Of a DNA stretch of 64,000 bases, positions 28,803-37,854 are shown in pieces. Each line of letters starts with the position of its first letter. Position 1 is the first letter of the stretch. Both the position numbers and the translations under genes were made by a program. The notes below the pieces were generated by a model. That model was not told where the DNA came from. It ran no database searches and saw only the letters and a program-made list of their open reading frames with translations. The DNA is taken from IMG/VR virus record IMGVR_UViG_3300009508_000011, positions 62,001 to 126,000 of that record. One strand, given 5' to 3'.

Positions 28803-28946
28803 TCTTATATTCTCCTTTTATTGTGCGAATTCTAAACCTTTATATATGAACTTCGGATACCTAGATATCCAACATGGACTAATCAAATGAAATAGTTAGT
28901 CTATATTTTTTAACATAATAATTAATTTAGATGGGGATGCTTAGAC

Positions 28947-29480
28947 ATGAGTTCATTAAATACAATAGTTTCTGCTAGTGTAGAAAACTACGCTCAAGGC
29001 ATCGTTATCAAAAAAATAACCAATAAAACCCAACTAAAAGATTCCCAGCTGGTGGAAGTTATAGACCTAGCTTTAGGGAATGCGGATTACCACAGAGGTA
29101 TAGATGAAGATGGTTGGTCTGACGTAACTCGTAAATCAGTCACCGAATATGTAAATGGCGTACTAGAGAATCGTAGTGAGTTTATTTTAGTGGCACTTGA
29201 TTCAGACAAAGTCTGTGGTGTCATTATAGGTGGTTGGTACCGCAGGTACAATACCAAATATGTTTCAATATACGACCTATTCATCCCTAAGGAATATCGA
29301 AGACAGGGTATTGCCAAACAACTACTCGATACCGTCACCTTAGAGAAGATAGATGGTAAGCCTTTAATAGTACAGTTGATTGTTTATAATGTAAACGATA
29401 ATGCTATTGAGTTGTATGAAGATTGGGGTATGAAGTCGGTGGTCTCACAGACCAGGCGGATGGAAAGAATTTTTGAATAA
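28947..29480 (+). CDS. GNAT family acetyltransferase
   Basis: IYDLFIPKEYRRQGIAKQLL (acetyl-CoA binding motif A) and VNDNAIELYEDWG (motif B). Confidence 0.85.
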   Translation: MSSLNTIVSASVENYAQGIVIKKITNKTQLKDSQLVEVIDLALGNADYHRGIDEDGWSDVTRKSVTEYVNGVLENRSEFILVALDSDKVCGVIIGGWYRRYNTKYVSIYDLFIPKEYRRQGIAKQLLDTVTLEKIDGKPLIVQLIVYNVNDNAIELYEDWGMKSVVSQTRRMERIFE

Positions 29481-29491
29481 CAGGAATTAAA

Positions 29492-30718
29492 ATGAAATTG
29501 ACAATCTTTAAAATCTTTGAGGGTGAAGCAAGACATCTCAAAGTGGATAGTAAATTAATTAAAGAGGTAGTGCGTTATGTTGCACGCTTCGTTAATAAAA
29601 ACGACGATACACTCCAGTTCCTTGGTTCTCCTTTAATTGGCGTATATCCTTTCCGATACACTAAGGCAGATGAAAACGAGTGGTTTGATGATGTCTTAGA
29701 AATGGATGACCTTACTTTACAAAGTAATATCCGTGAACATTTCAGTACCCCAGACAATAATCTAGATGCCAGTTGGAAAATATCTTCTAATGTAACTAAC
29801 CTTTCATTTGTTTGGCTAACGCATAGAATACTTACGTCACCTAAGCTTAGAGACCGTGAGAAAGAAGATGGGGCAATGGCCTGTATCAAAATGTTACAAT
29901 ATAAGTTAATCTCATCTCTAGATTACCGCTTCTTTCCATACCCTGCAAATTCTGAAGTAGCGGCCGCTGTATACTCTAGCCTTACTAAGAAGTATCTACT
30001 TAAGAAACATGGTAGCTGGGCTAAGGTTATTGAAGCAAGAGCTGAAGACTTACTCAGTGACGACTCTATCCATAAGGGTGCGTTAAATAAGATGAATGAT
30101 GACCATGATATAGTTTACATGATAAATGATACACAAGGTCGACATAAAGACATCTATAAACGTGTTACTTCATTGTTCTACGAATTCCGTGAACAGGATT
30201 CAAGGATTCAATCTATTTCTGCAACTATTGAACTATCTGGTGAGATGGGTGTTAGGGATAAACAGAACAACTATGGTAAGTATCGTTCAGCAGCGCACGA
30301 CATAGCCTCTACGCCTTCGTCTATGTTACGAGAAAAAGCTCTTAGTGCAATTACCGCAATAGTTCATACAGCTCCACCACAGGCTGTTAAGGAGTCCCTT
30401 GAGTGGATGGCTTCTAACTATGGTGCTCCTCGTACTGGGTACATTAAAGAATTTGTAGAGAAGAATATCACACATGCCTGTGAATACATTCGTAAAAACG
30501 AATTACCTTTAAGTGACCTTGCAACTATCCTAGTGAAACTTCGCGGTATCCATTTAGCGTCTCGTCAATCAGACGATACTGTTTTAGAGATTCGTGACTT
30601 AGGCACTAAGATAACTGACCAGAGTGTTAAGAGTAAGAACCAAGCTGTACATGCATCTGTTCGTGCTGCTGTTACATTGTACTTGGTACTTCGTGTATTA
30701 GCTAAGGATAATCTATAA
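29492..30718 (+). CDS. Conserved Chimalliviridae (probable virion) protein
   Basis: FVNKN...FLGSPLIGVY..R motif and LKKHGSW..VIE.R are recalled from phiKZ-like core genes. Confidence 0.7.
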   Translation: MKLTIFKIFEGEARHLKVDSKLIKEVVRYVARFVNKNDDTLQFLGSPLIGVYPFRYTKADENEWFDDVLEMDDLTLQSNIREHFSTPDNNLDASWKISSNVTNLSFVWLTHRILTSPKLRDREKEDGAMACIKMLQYKLISSLDYRFFPYPANSEVAAAVYSSLTKKYLLKKHGSWAKVIEARAEDLLSDDSIHKGALNKMNDDHDIVYMINDTQGRHKDIYKRVTSLFYEFREQDSRIQSISATIELSGEMGVRDKQNNYGKYRSAAHDIASTPSSMLREKALSAITAIVHTAPPQAVKESLEWMASNYGAPRTGYIKEFVEKNITHACEYIRKNELPLSDLATILVKLRGIHLASRQSDDTVLEIRDLGTKITDQSVKSKNQAVHASVRAAVTLYLVLRVLAKDNL

Positions 30719-30770
30719 TGGATATTAAACCGCCAATCATAGACAGTCCGTGTTGGGACGTTTAAAAGTC

Positions 30771-30803
30771 AAAAAAAAAGAGGGGCGTGAGCTCCTCTCT
30801 TTA
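30771..30803. terminator. Bidirectional terminator
   Basis: A-tract, GAGGGGC/GCTCCTC stem, T-tract; lies between convergent genes. Confidence 0.7.
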
Positions 30804-30813
30804 TGTTGAATAA

Positions 30814-31770
30814 CTATTTAGCTATCCACCATTGTATACGGCAATCTGTTTTGGTAACCATACCACGTACGCCATCTCTGACATACCAATCATTACTAGT
30901 AATGTCAGGAGTAACTATTTGCGGTGTTCCGTATATAAAGTCTTGCATCTTATCGAATGGTAGGCGAATAATGTTATCCTTTACCCCCATGAATCCATTA
31001 ACCATATAAACTAACTCACCGTCAACCGTTGTTGGTGCAGTAACCTCACCAGTTTCAATATTACCTATCATCCCCTTACCCATATAACAAATACCTACGA
31101 GTGAAGGAATAGGTATTATAACGTCTGGTCGATAAGGAGTTTTACCATCTTTGACCATAGCGCTATCCCTCTGTTTGACAAACTTATCTAATTCCTCAAT
31201 ATATTTCCCAGCATCAACATCAAACAAATCCGTAAGGTACGATATACGTGCATGGGTAATATCCTGATATGGTAAACTACTAAGGATGGTATCTGATAAT
31301 AAAGACAGTTTATCTTCAAATCTACTACCCACCTTAAGTTCATTTCCATTCAAATGTATCTTGAAAGATGAATCTGAGCCTACTATAGTTAACTCACCAG
31401 CTCTTGTTTTTATAGGGAATGTTAAAATACCCCTCCTCGTCCAGAGTCTACCTCTTTCTATAAATAATTTCGAAGAGTGATGAGCTAACCGCTCCACTAC
31501 ACCAGGTGGTATTTTCAATGTATACATTAGGTTAGATGACCTATTAGATATTAACATACCCAATAGAATCTCAAAGGTTCTAGAGTTGACTACTACTTCA
31601 CCTTCATCGGTCTCCGAAATAGTAATAAAATTACTTTGAATGTTAGTACCTTCAGTTAGAGCTGTCTTAAGTTTAGTTACGATATCCAAGCTAACTCCAT
31701 TTGGTTTAATCCACAAGTAAGTAGATGACGCATTGGTAGTTATAGTTATTCTTTCTAGTAGATGTTCCAT
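30814..31770 (-). CDS. Hypothetical protein (318 aa)
   Basis: AGGAG RBS and early-type promoter upstream. Confidence 0.65.
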   Translation of the reverse strand: MEHLLERITITTNASSTYLWIKPNGVSLDIVTKLKTALTEGTNIQSNFITISETDEGEVVVNSRTFEILLGMLISNRSSNLMYTLKIPPGVVERLAHHSSKLFIERGRLWTRRGILTFPIKTRAGELTIVGSDSSFKIHLNGNELKVGSRFEDKLSLLSDTILSSLPYQDITHARISYLTDLFDVDAGKYIEELDKFVKQRDSAMVKDGKTPYRPDVIIPIPSLVGICYMGKGMIGNIETGEVTAPTTVDGELVYMVNGFMGVKDNIIRLPFDKMQDFIYGTPQIVTPDITSNDWYVRDGVRGMVTKTDCRIQWWIAK

Positions 31771-31814
31771 AATCTTTCTCCTGTTATTTAAGATTTAGTA
31801 TCTAATTCACTATA

Positions 31815-31831
31815 GTAATATATGTTTACTG
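31815..31831 (-). promoter_or_regulatory. Early-type promoter
   Basis: Minus strand reads CAGTAAACATATATTAC. Confidence 0.5.
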
Positions 31832-31880
31832 TTTCGTGGAATCTTTATTTATGACCATTAACCAGAGAGAGGAAATACAG

Positions 31881-32144
31881 ATGGATGGTTCTACAGCACT
31901 ACCTGAAGCCATGGGCTTCTGGATGAATTACGGTGGGTTAATCATTGACCTAGGGATTAAATTATTCATTGCCTTGTTTGGTTTATGTTTAGCCTACTTC
32001 GCAATTAACTTTATACAGACTAGAGATAAGAAGCTAGTTGAAATCAGAGAGGAGTGGGGTGATGTGGCTCAAGCTATTTATCGCGGTCTTTGTTTTGTCG
32101 GTATCTGTATCCTCATGGGGCTCCTCCTTTCCTCGCCAGTATGA
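31881..32144 (+). CDS. Putative holin/antiholin-like 2-TM membrane protein
   Basis: Two TM segments; overlaps the endolysin start. Start placed at ATG 31881 (GAGGA RBS). Confidence 0.5.
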   Translation: MDGSTALPEAMGFWMNYGGLIIDLGIKLFIALFGLCLAYFAINFIQTRDKKLVEIREEWGDVAQAIYRGLCFVGICILMGLLLSSPV

Positions 32145-32622
32145 TAAATACTTCATGGCTGCTGAGAAGTACCTACCACCTGGGATGACATGGCAACAGT
32201 TAAAGGCTCAGTGTTATCAAGAGTCTAGGTTAAATCCTAAGGCTATTAGTCCAGTTGGTGCACAGGGTCTTTGTCAGTTCATGCCAGGTACGTGGAAAGA
32301 GATGCAGAAACACGGATTGAATAATCCTTGGAGTGCCAGTCAGTCTATCAGAGCTGCTGCTATATACATGAACTATCAGTTTAGGTTCTGGAGTAGTAAG
32401 AGGCCTTGGTTAGACAAGAGTAAGTTAGCGACAGCTAATTACAATGCTGGCGCTGGTAACATGTTAAAGGCACAACGTAAATGTTTAGATAAAGCCCTGT
32501 ATGATGAGATAGTTGCTTGTCTTCCTGATATTACTGGACGCCACAGTAAGGAAACAATTGATTACGTTTATCTAATACATCATAAATGGTTACCTCAGAT
32601 ATTAGCTGATTATAAACATTAA
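32062..32622 (+). CDS. Lytic transglycosylase (SLT family) with signal peptide, putative endolysin
   Basis: QCYQESRLNP.A.SPVGAQGLCQFMPGTW, ANYNAGAGN, ETIDYV. Signal peptide MWLKLFIAVFVLSVSVSSWG; GAGGAG RBS before ATG 32062. Confidence 0.85.
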   Translation: MWLKLFIAVFVLSVSVSSWGSSFPRQYDKYFMAAEKYLPPGMTWQQLKAQCYQESRLNPKAISPVGAQGLCQFMPGTWKEMQKHGLNNPWSASQSIRAAAIYMNYQFRFWSSKRPWLDKSKLATANYNAGAGNMLKAQRKCLDKALYDEIVACLPDITGRHSKETIDYVYLIHHKWLPQILADYKH

Positions 32623-32624
32623 AC

Positions 32625-32666
32625 AAAAAAATAAAGGGGAGCTTCGGCTCCCTGCTTTATGTCGTC
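32625..32666. terminator. Bidirectional terminator
   Basis: GGGAGC-TTCG-GCTCCC with an A-tract on the left and TTTATGTCGTC on the right. Confidence 0.8.
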
Positions 32667-32673
32667 TAAGGTA

Positions 32674-33438
32674 TTAGGTTACATCGAAACCAGTAGGTTT
32701 CCATAACTTATACGTACGCTTCTTGAACCGATATTCTTCAGGGCCACACCATGCCTGTTTCACTGCGACGCCCTTGTATATCTGAAACTTAGGATGGTTC
32801 TTAAAACGTTCATGCTTAAGGGTTTTACGGTAACCTATTCTAGGATAACCGAACTCTATGGTATCACCTTCGCCAGTAAGTCTGTTATCTGTAGGAGGCT
32901 TACCCAAGTATACTATAGTGTCATGTTTGTCCCTAGCCCTCTTCAACTTAGAGGGATTCTTTATCTTATCGATGTTGTCCACGGTCACATGGAAAGGATA
33001 TAGTTTGTTGCTCTCCACCATGGACATAAAAAGTGCAATTGTGGATAAAGAAGTACGAAACCTATTACCTGACATTTCAGATATACCGACTTCATTAAAT
33101 TTGGTATAGTCGTCACTTTCCGCCACCATAACATCCTTACTATTGGCCTCTAGGAAAAACATGCGCGCCTGAGAACTCTCTGGGTCATAGACGACATACT
33201 GTGTTGCGTCCTGTCTGGCTATAGTAAATGTATTGATGGCTTGTTGTTTTCCATCTTCATACACACCTAAGGACTTATCTAGAGTTATGGTAATCTCCTC
33301 ATCTGGAGATATCGGTAACAACTGTACTGCTTCAACTATAAAACTAGTATCTATTTTATCTCCAGGTTCTCCTAAACTGGCTATATCGTCGGTTACTATG
33401 GTTAAAAATTTGGTTATTTTAGGGGTTGTGAAACTCAT
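32674..33438 (-). CDS. Hypothetical protein (254 aa)
   Basis: ORF with AAGGA RBS. Confidence 0.65.
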   Translation of the reverse strand: MSFTTPKITKFLTIVTDDIASLGEPGDKIDTSFIVEAVQLLPISPDEEITITLDKSLGVYEDGKQQAINTFTIARQDATQYVVYDPESSQARMFFLEANSKDVMVAESDDYTKFNEVGISEMSGNRFRTSLSTIALFMSMVESNKLYPFHVTVDNIDKIKNPSKLKRARDKHDTIVYLGKPPTDNRLTGEGDTIEFGYPRIGYRKTLKHERFKNHPKFQIYKGVAVKQAWCGPEEYRFKKRTYKLWKPTGFDVT

Positions 33439-33469
33439 AATCTTTTCCTTTTGTTTAAGATTAAATAGG

Positions 33470-33817
33470 TTACCATTCCATATCTCTAAGAATAGTAACT
33501 TCTGTACCGTCAGTTAATTCAAACTCAGGTACGTTAAGTAAAGCACGATAAATGAATGCACCAGCATCACCTTGATTAGCCAAGTAGCAAAGTAAGGTAT
33601 AGTCAGTATCGACTTCATCCTCATCCACTCTCCAACTAACTAACATGTGTTCACGCATAAACTCAATATCACTAAGTGTTGATATGGGCATCTCGGTATG
33701 TACTGATAGACATTCATCATTACCCCAGAAATGGGCACTATCCCTAAGGTACTCTTCTCTTAACTCCTTAGGTAACATAGACAGTCTTATCAGAACTATC
33801 TTGTTTTCTTTAGACAT
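33470..33817 (-). CDS. Hypothetical protein (115 aa)
   Basis: ORF with AAGGA RBS. Confidence 0.6.
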   Translation of the reverse strand: MSKENKIVLIRLSMLPKELREEYLRDSAHFWGNDECLSVHTEMPISTLSDIEFMREHMLVSWRVDEDEVDTDYTLLCYLANQGDAGAFIYRALLNVPEFELTDGTEVTILRDMEW

Positions 33818-33929
33818 TATGTATTTCCTTTTATTAATACACTCATTTAATTAAACAGTACTTTATTTTTCCACCCGGCATAAAGGAGAGCTCTATGCTC
33901 TCCTAATTACGTTATATTTAACGAGTGGT

Positions 33930-34670
33930 CTAAGAAGACTTACATCCCAGTCGGGTAGCTATGACAGTACTCTCCTGTAGGGTTGGCCATTTAAAGACAG
34001 TAGCTTCGAAGACTTCACTAAGGGGAACTCGTTTGGAACAGTAAGGTATACCGCTCTCAATATCCTGCTCCATTAGAAACGCAACTCCACCCGTATCATC
34101 ATACACCACTTTGAAAAATGCTGAGGGCATGACGTGAGGTTCATCCGCACTTGGTAAGGGAACCATCTCCTTAGAGTACAGAGGCCCTGCAATTACGTAT
34201 AGAGGACTATCGTACCTTACCGTGTCAGTAACCGCATCTTCTAAGTCTCGCCATATACCACGATTAAGAGTTTGGTGCTGGGGTACTATATTACTCAGGT
34301 AATCCAACTCTTGCCGATGGTGACTTCCAGAGTGTGCCCCTGCTGGTACAAGGTGTCCTTTGTCCGTACCTAAAGTAGCATTGGCCCCTTTATAATCAGA
34401 TACTTCTAAAGTTTGTTCTCTAGGTAAGTCTGGGTCAGAGCGAAAAGCTCTACCAGTTGGTGCACCGAAATTTGAAGGATTGACTTCATAAGCTACCCAA
34501 TTTGCAAATTTAGTATCTGGATTATTGGATAAAGCGTAGACATGGCGATATACCATGGTTGAACCTTCAGGGTTGGTTGGACATCCCTGAGGGCAATGTA
34601 CTGAGATTGTATCTGCCATAACTGGAAGAGACAAGCACAGGAACATTAGTACTGAAACTATAAATTTCAT
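33930..34670 (-). CDS. DNA/RNA non-specific endonuclease (NUC / Serratia-type) with signal peptide
   Basis: ANWVAY, DKGHLVPA (DRGH motif), SNIVPQHQTLNRGIW..LE, VIAGPLY, FFKVV. N-terminal SPI-type signal. Confidence 0.88.
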   Translation of the reverse strand: MKFIVSVLMFLCLSLPVMADTISVHCPQGCPTNPEGSTMVYRHVYALSNNPDTKFANWVAYEVNPSNFGAPTGRAFRSDPDLPREQTLEVSDYKGANATLGTDKGHLVPAGAHSGSHHRQELDYLSNIVPQHQTLNRGIWRDLEDAVTDTVRYDSPLYVIAGPLYSKEMVPLPSADEPHVMPSAFFKVVYDDTGGVAFLMEQDIESGIPYCSKRVPLSEVFEATVFKWPTLQESTVIATRLGCKSS

Positions 34671-34757
34671 TACATACTCCCTAAGTTAAAAGAACGTTAT
34701 TGTTCATAAATAGAACAAAAATAAAGGAGTCCGGAGACTCCAATAATAACTAGGTTT

Positions 34758-35123
34758 CTAAATTGGGGATGTTAATGTCTTACCGACCTGAGACCCTATA
34801 AATAAATTTAGGGCATAAATGAGATTATCTCGATAGGCGTTAATGTCACCTATCAATTTATCACGGTCGTTATTCAACATTACTGGAAGATGATTTAAAA
34901 TACCCATCTCCATACCGTCAGGGATAACGTAGAACACGGGATTACCGAATAGTTTAGGGTAACCTGCATCATCATCACCGTTCCAACGAGAACCTAACTG
35001 TAACGACCCTTCTGGATAAGCTTCACTTATATACCATCCAATAATGATTGAGTGGATACCGTTATCAAATAAGATTCTTACATCTTTCCATTTACTTGCT
35101 TTTACTTCAGTTGCTTGTGGCAT
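34758..35123 (-). CDS. Hypothetical protein (121 aa)
   Basis: AGGAG RBS. Confidence 0.6.
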   Translation of the reverse strand: MPQATEVKASKWKDVRILFDNGIHSIIIGWYISEAYPEGSLQLGSRWNGDDDAGYPKLFGNPVFYVIPDGMEMGILNHLPVMLNNDRDKLIGDINAYRDNLIYALNLFIGSQVGKTLTSPI

Positions 35124-35195
35124 AATAGACTCCTAAGTCAAATAGCCTAAGAAACATTTTCTTTTATAGTGGACTGTTTCGATTACCCACTTATA

Positions 35196-35221
35196 AAAAA
35201 ATAAAGGGAGCCGAAGCTCCC
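35196..35221 (-). terminator. Intrinsic terminator after the lipoprotein
   Basis: GGGAGC-CGAA-GCTCCC plus U-tract. Confidence 0.8.
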
Positions 35222-35324
35222 GATATTCAATAAATGTAATTAAGCTCACCCAACTTACATAGGTTGGTACCTCGAACTCTGGTTATCCAGAGAACCTTGA
35301 GATAATGCTTAATTACACATTTAC

Positions 35325-36797
35325 TTAACAACCAGTTAGGCTGCCTGTACCACCAGACCAAGTACCACACTGTTTAGAGTATGTGCCATCTGGGTTATAA
35401 GTAGTAACTGTATATTCATCTTGCGAGTTGTGCATATGCACTTCTTGAGTAGCGTTCCAGAACTCTTCAGAGTCGTAACGGTTATCAATACGATACCATG
35501 AATCAGCATCGTAACCGTAGTCATCTTCGAAGCTAAGTGAAATGTGATTAAGGTTACTAGATAACCAACCACCACTAACCTGACTTGTATCCGCGCCAAT
35601 TAGTTCATTGTAACGGAATTCATTGTCTACGCCATAGCTATGGGCAGATTCTGTTTTAACCGTATCGCCATCACTGTAGAAAGTTTTGGTAATGAATTCT
35701 TGACTAAGATTATTTGCAACTCTGTCTACATCTATACATGTATTCCAATCGACGTCCAATGCTCCTGCAATGTTTGCTAGTGCATAACCAACTTCACCAT
35801 CGGATTCAGTATAGTATTCAGCTACTGTACAAACATTATTAACTAGGCTAACCGCCAGTTGAAACTCTAGACCATCGCGTATACTTGTACGTTGTTGATA
35901 CTTAGAAATTAAAGCACCTACCTTTTCCAAGTCGCTACTAACTTCGTTTGTTTGTTCCATCCAGTTACCTTCCGTATGTTTAACGTATTCTAAACGGTTC
36001 CATGTAGTATCTAGATAGTATTCAACATAAGCGTAACTTGCATCAGGATTAGCCTTTTCTACCACTAGAGTCTCCTCGTATGATTTAGCTAAGCCAGGTA
36101 CAAGAGATTGTGCAACACCATGAAGTTCTGTGTTAGCAGTAGATACGAAATCACTGTATAGTTCATCTACAGTAACATTGTAACGTTGTGCAACACGCTT
36201 TTCTTGGTCACGTAATCTTTGGTCTATTACTTTACGAAGTTCCTGCTCCTCTACAATAGAGGCGCACGATAGTTCCTTAGACTGCGCTGCTTGTAGTTCT
36301 TTCTCAACAACATTCCAGATTACTGTAGTAAGTGGCGTAACGTTAATTAAGTCAGTGTCAGTAGCAACGGCAAACGAAGGTGGATAAACTATCGTATAAG
36401 CTTCTTCGATTGGTGTATCAGGGAAATCAAGGTCAATGGCTCCAGCAGGTACATGAACAACCATTGGTACATATTGACCACAGTCTTCATGTTCCACAGG
36501 TACTTCCAACGTCCAGCTAGACGCCAAAGATGGGTCTTGACTATCTGATGGTTCTTTCGTAACTGTATTGGGCTCCCCATCATCCAGTTCACCATTAAAG
36601 TTTAAATCCATAAACATTGTGGCACCAACTAAGTAGCCGTCAATTGCCATACCGTGTATCTTAGTTAGTTCCGTCTTTGGAGGTGTAACAACCGATACTG
36701 GTGGTGTTTCTGTTTTGGTATCACTACCGCCACCGCCACATGCAACTAGAGTAGACATAGCGATAGTTAGTAAACTTGTTTTCATTAAAGATTTCAT
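35325..36797 (-). CDS. Lipoprotein (490 aa)
   Basis: Lipobox LVA-C followed by GGGGSD. AIDGYLVGA.MFMDLNFNG.LD.GEP and INVTPLTT resemble gammaproteobacterial outer-membrane lipoproteins. Confidence 0.75.
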   Translation of the reverse strand: MKSLMKTSLLTIAMSTLVACGGGGSDTKTETPPVSVVTPPKTELTKIHGMAIDGYLVGATMFMDLNFNGELDDGEPNTVTKEPSDSQDPSLASSWTLEVPVEHEDCGQYVPMVVHVPAGAIDLDFPDTPIEEAYTIVYPPSFAVATDTDLINVTPLTTVIWNVVEKELQAAQSKELSCASIVEEQELRKVIDQRLRDQEKRVAQRYNVTVDELYSDFVSTANTELHGVAQSLVPGLAKSYEETLVVEKANPDASYAYVEYYLDTTWNRLEYVKHTEGNWMEQTNEVSSDLEKVGALISKYQQRTSIRDGLEFQLAVSLVNNVCTVAEYYTESDGEVGYALANIAGALDVDWNTCIDVDRVANNLSQEFITKTFYSDGDTVKTESAHSYGVDNEFRYNELIGADTSQVSGGWLSSNLNHISLSFEDDYGYDADSWYRIDNRYDSEEFWNATQEVHMHNSQDEYTVTTYNPDGTYSKQCGTWSGGTGSLTGC

Positions 36798-36875
36798 AAT
36801 CTTATTCCTTTCATTTAAAGAGTTATTAATTCAAAATTGGTTATGTTACTTTACTTAAGTAACTACTTCACCTTT

Positions 36876-36893
36876 AGAATATAGGTTTGAGTA
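36876..36893 (-). promoter_or_regulatory. Early-type promoter upstream of the lipoprotein
   Basis: Minus strand reads TACTCAAACCTATATTCT. Confidence 0.45.
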
Positions 36894-36962
36894 TCTTTGG
36901 AAACGACTTATATAGACGGCATAGAGGGGAGCCCTTACGGACTCCCGACTACACGAAGTACA

Positions 36963-37118
36963 TTACTTCTGTTGCTGTCTACCAGCTTTGCCACCGCGAC
37001 CGCCTGAACCACCTTTGCTATTACCTGAGGTTTTAGCATTGGTCTTTCGTTTACGTATCGCGAAAACAACACCGCCGATAACGGCAGCTACGACAATATA
37101 CGGAATATATTGGTCCAT
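36963..37118 (-). CDS. Single-pass membrane micro-protein with a basic, Gly/RGG-rich tail (51 aa), absent from the ORF track
   Basis: Hand translation: MDQYIPYIVVAAVIGGVVFAIRKRKTNAKTSGNSKGGSGGRGGKAGRQQQK. AGGAG RBS and a terminator downstream. Confidence 0.7.
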   Translation of the reverse strand: MDQYIPYIVVAAVIGGVVFAIRKRKTNAKTSGNSKGGSGGRGGKAGRQQQK

Positions 37119-37177
37119 GATTTACTCCTAATCGATGGGTATCGTAAAAAGACCGAACGGTCTTTCATACTATCTGT

Positions 37178-37672
37178 CTAAAGAAAGAGTTCTTTAAACC
37201 CTTGGAAACGCATCGAAAGAAAATCTGTACCTACAATATAATGGTCCACTAGAGCTATGTCTAATGGGGCCAGTACTTCCTTAACCTTTACAGTAAGGTC
37301 TATATCGTGTTGTGACGGCTTGGAATGTCTAAATGGGTGTGAGTGCACCAGTGCTATACTTACAGCTTTCTGCCTTAATGCTGACTCCACAATAGGTCTA
37401 CAATAAGCAGTAACTTTATCAACAGTACCGAAGAACAACTCTTCATAACTTATAACACGGTGTCCGTGTCCAAACAATATTACCCCAAATACTTCACGGT
37501 CATGTTTAGTCATTTTATATTCTAGGAACTGTTTGATATACTCAGGACCTTTAAGGTGTTCACCTTGAAGATTACGTACCCAAACTATACTAGCAGCACG
37601 CTCTAGTATTTCTTTGTTGGATAAATCCCGTATACGAAGTTCTGCTTCTTTTTGCTCTTCGGTATTAGACAT
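37178..37672 (-). CDS. RadC-like JAB/MPN domain protein
   Basis: REVFGVI, ELFFGTVD, LVHSHP...PSQHD (intact JAB metal motif), LVDHYIVG. Confidence 0.85.
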   Translation of the reverse strand: MSNTEEQKEAELRIRDLSNKEILERAASIVWVRNLQGEHLKGPEYIKQFLEYKMTKHDREVFGVILFGHGHRVISYEELFFGTVDKVTAYCRPIVESALRQKAVSIALVHSHPFRHSKPSQHDIDLTVKVKEVLAPLDIALVDHYIVGTDFLSMRFQGFKELFL

Positions 37673-37674
37673 AA

Positions 37675-37854
37675 CTATTTCTTCTTACGTTGATTTTTCT
37701 TTCTAGCCTTTGCTTGGGCTTTACGCTTCTTACGACTAGCCGGTGTAGAACCAGTAGAACGAACATATTCACTTCTACGTGATTGTGAATTATAAGCATT
37801 GCTTGCAGCTAGACCTTCTGCCATTGCTAACATTAAACCTACATCTTTATTCAT
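37675..37854 (-). CDS. Small protein with a highly basic C-terminus (59 aa), absent from the ORF track
   Basis: Hand translation: MNKDVGLMLAMAEGLAASNAYNSQSRRSEYVRSTGSTPASRKKRKAQAKARKKNQRKKK. GGAG RBS; fills the gap exactly. Confidence 0.65.
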   Translation of the reverse strand: MNKDVGLMLAMAEGLAASNAYNSQSRRSEYVRSTGSTPASRKKRKAQAKARKKNQRKKK

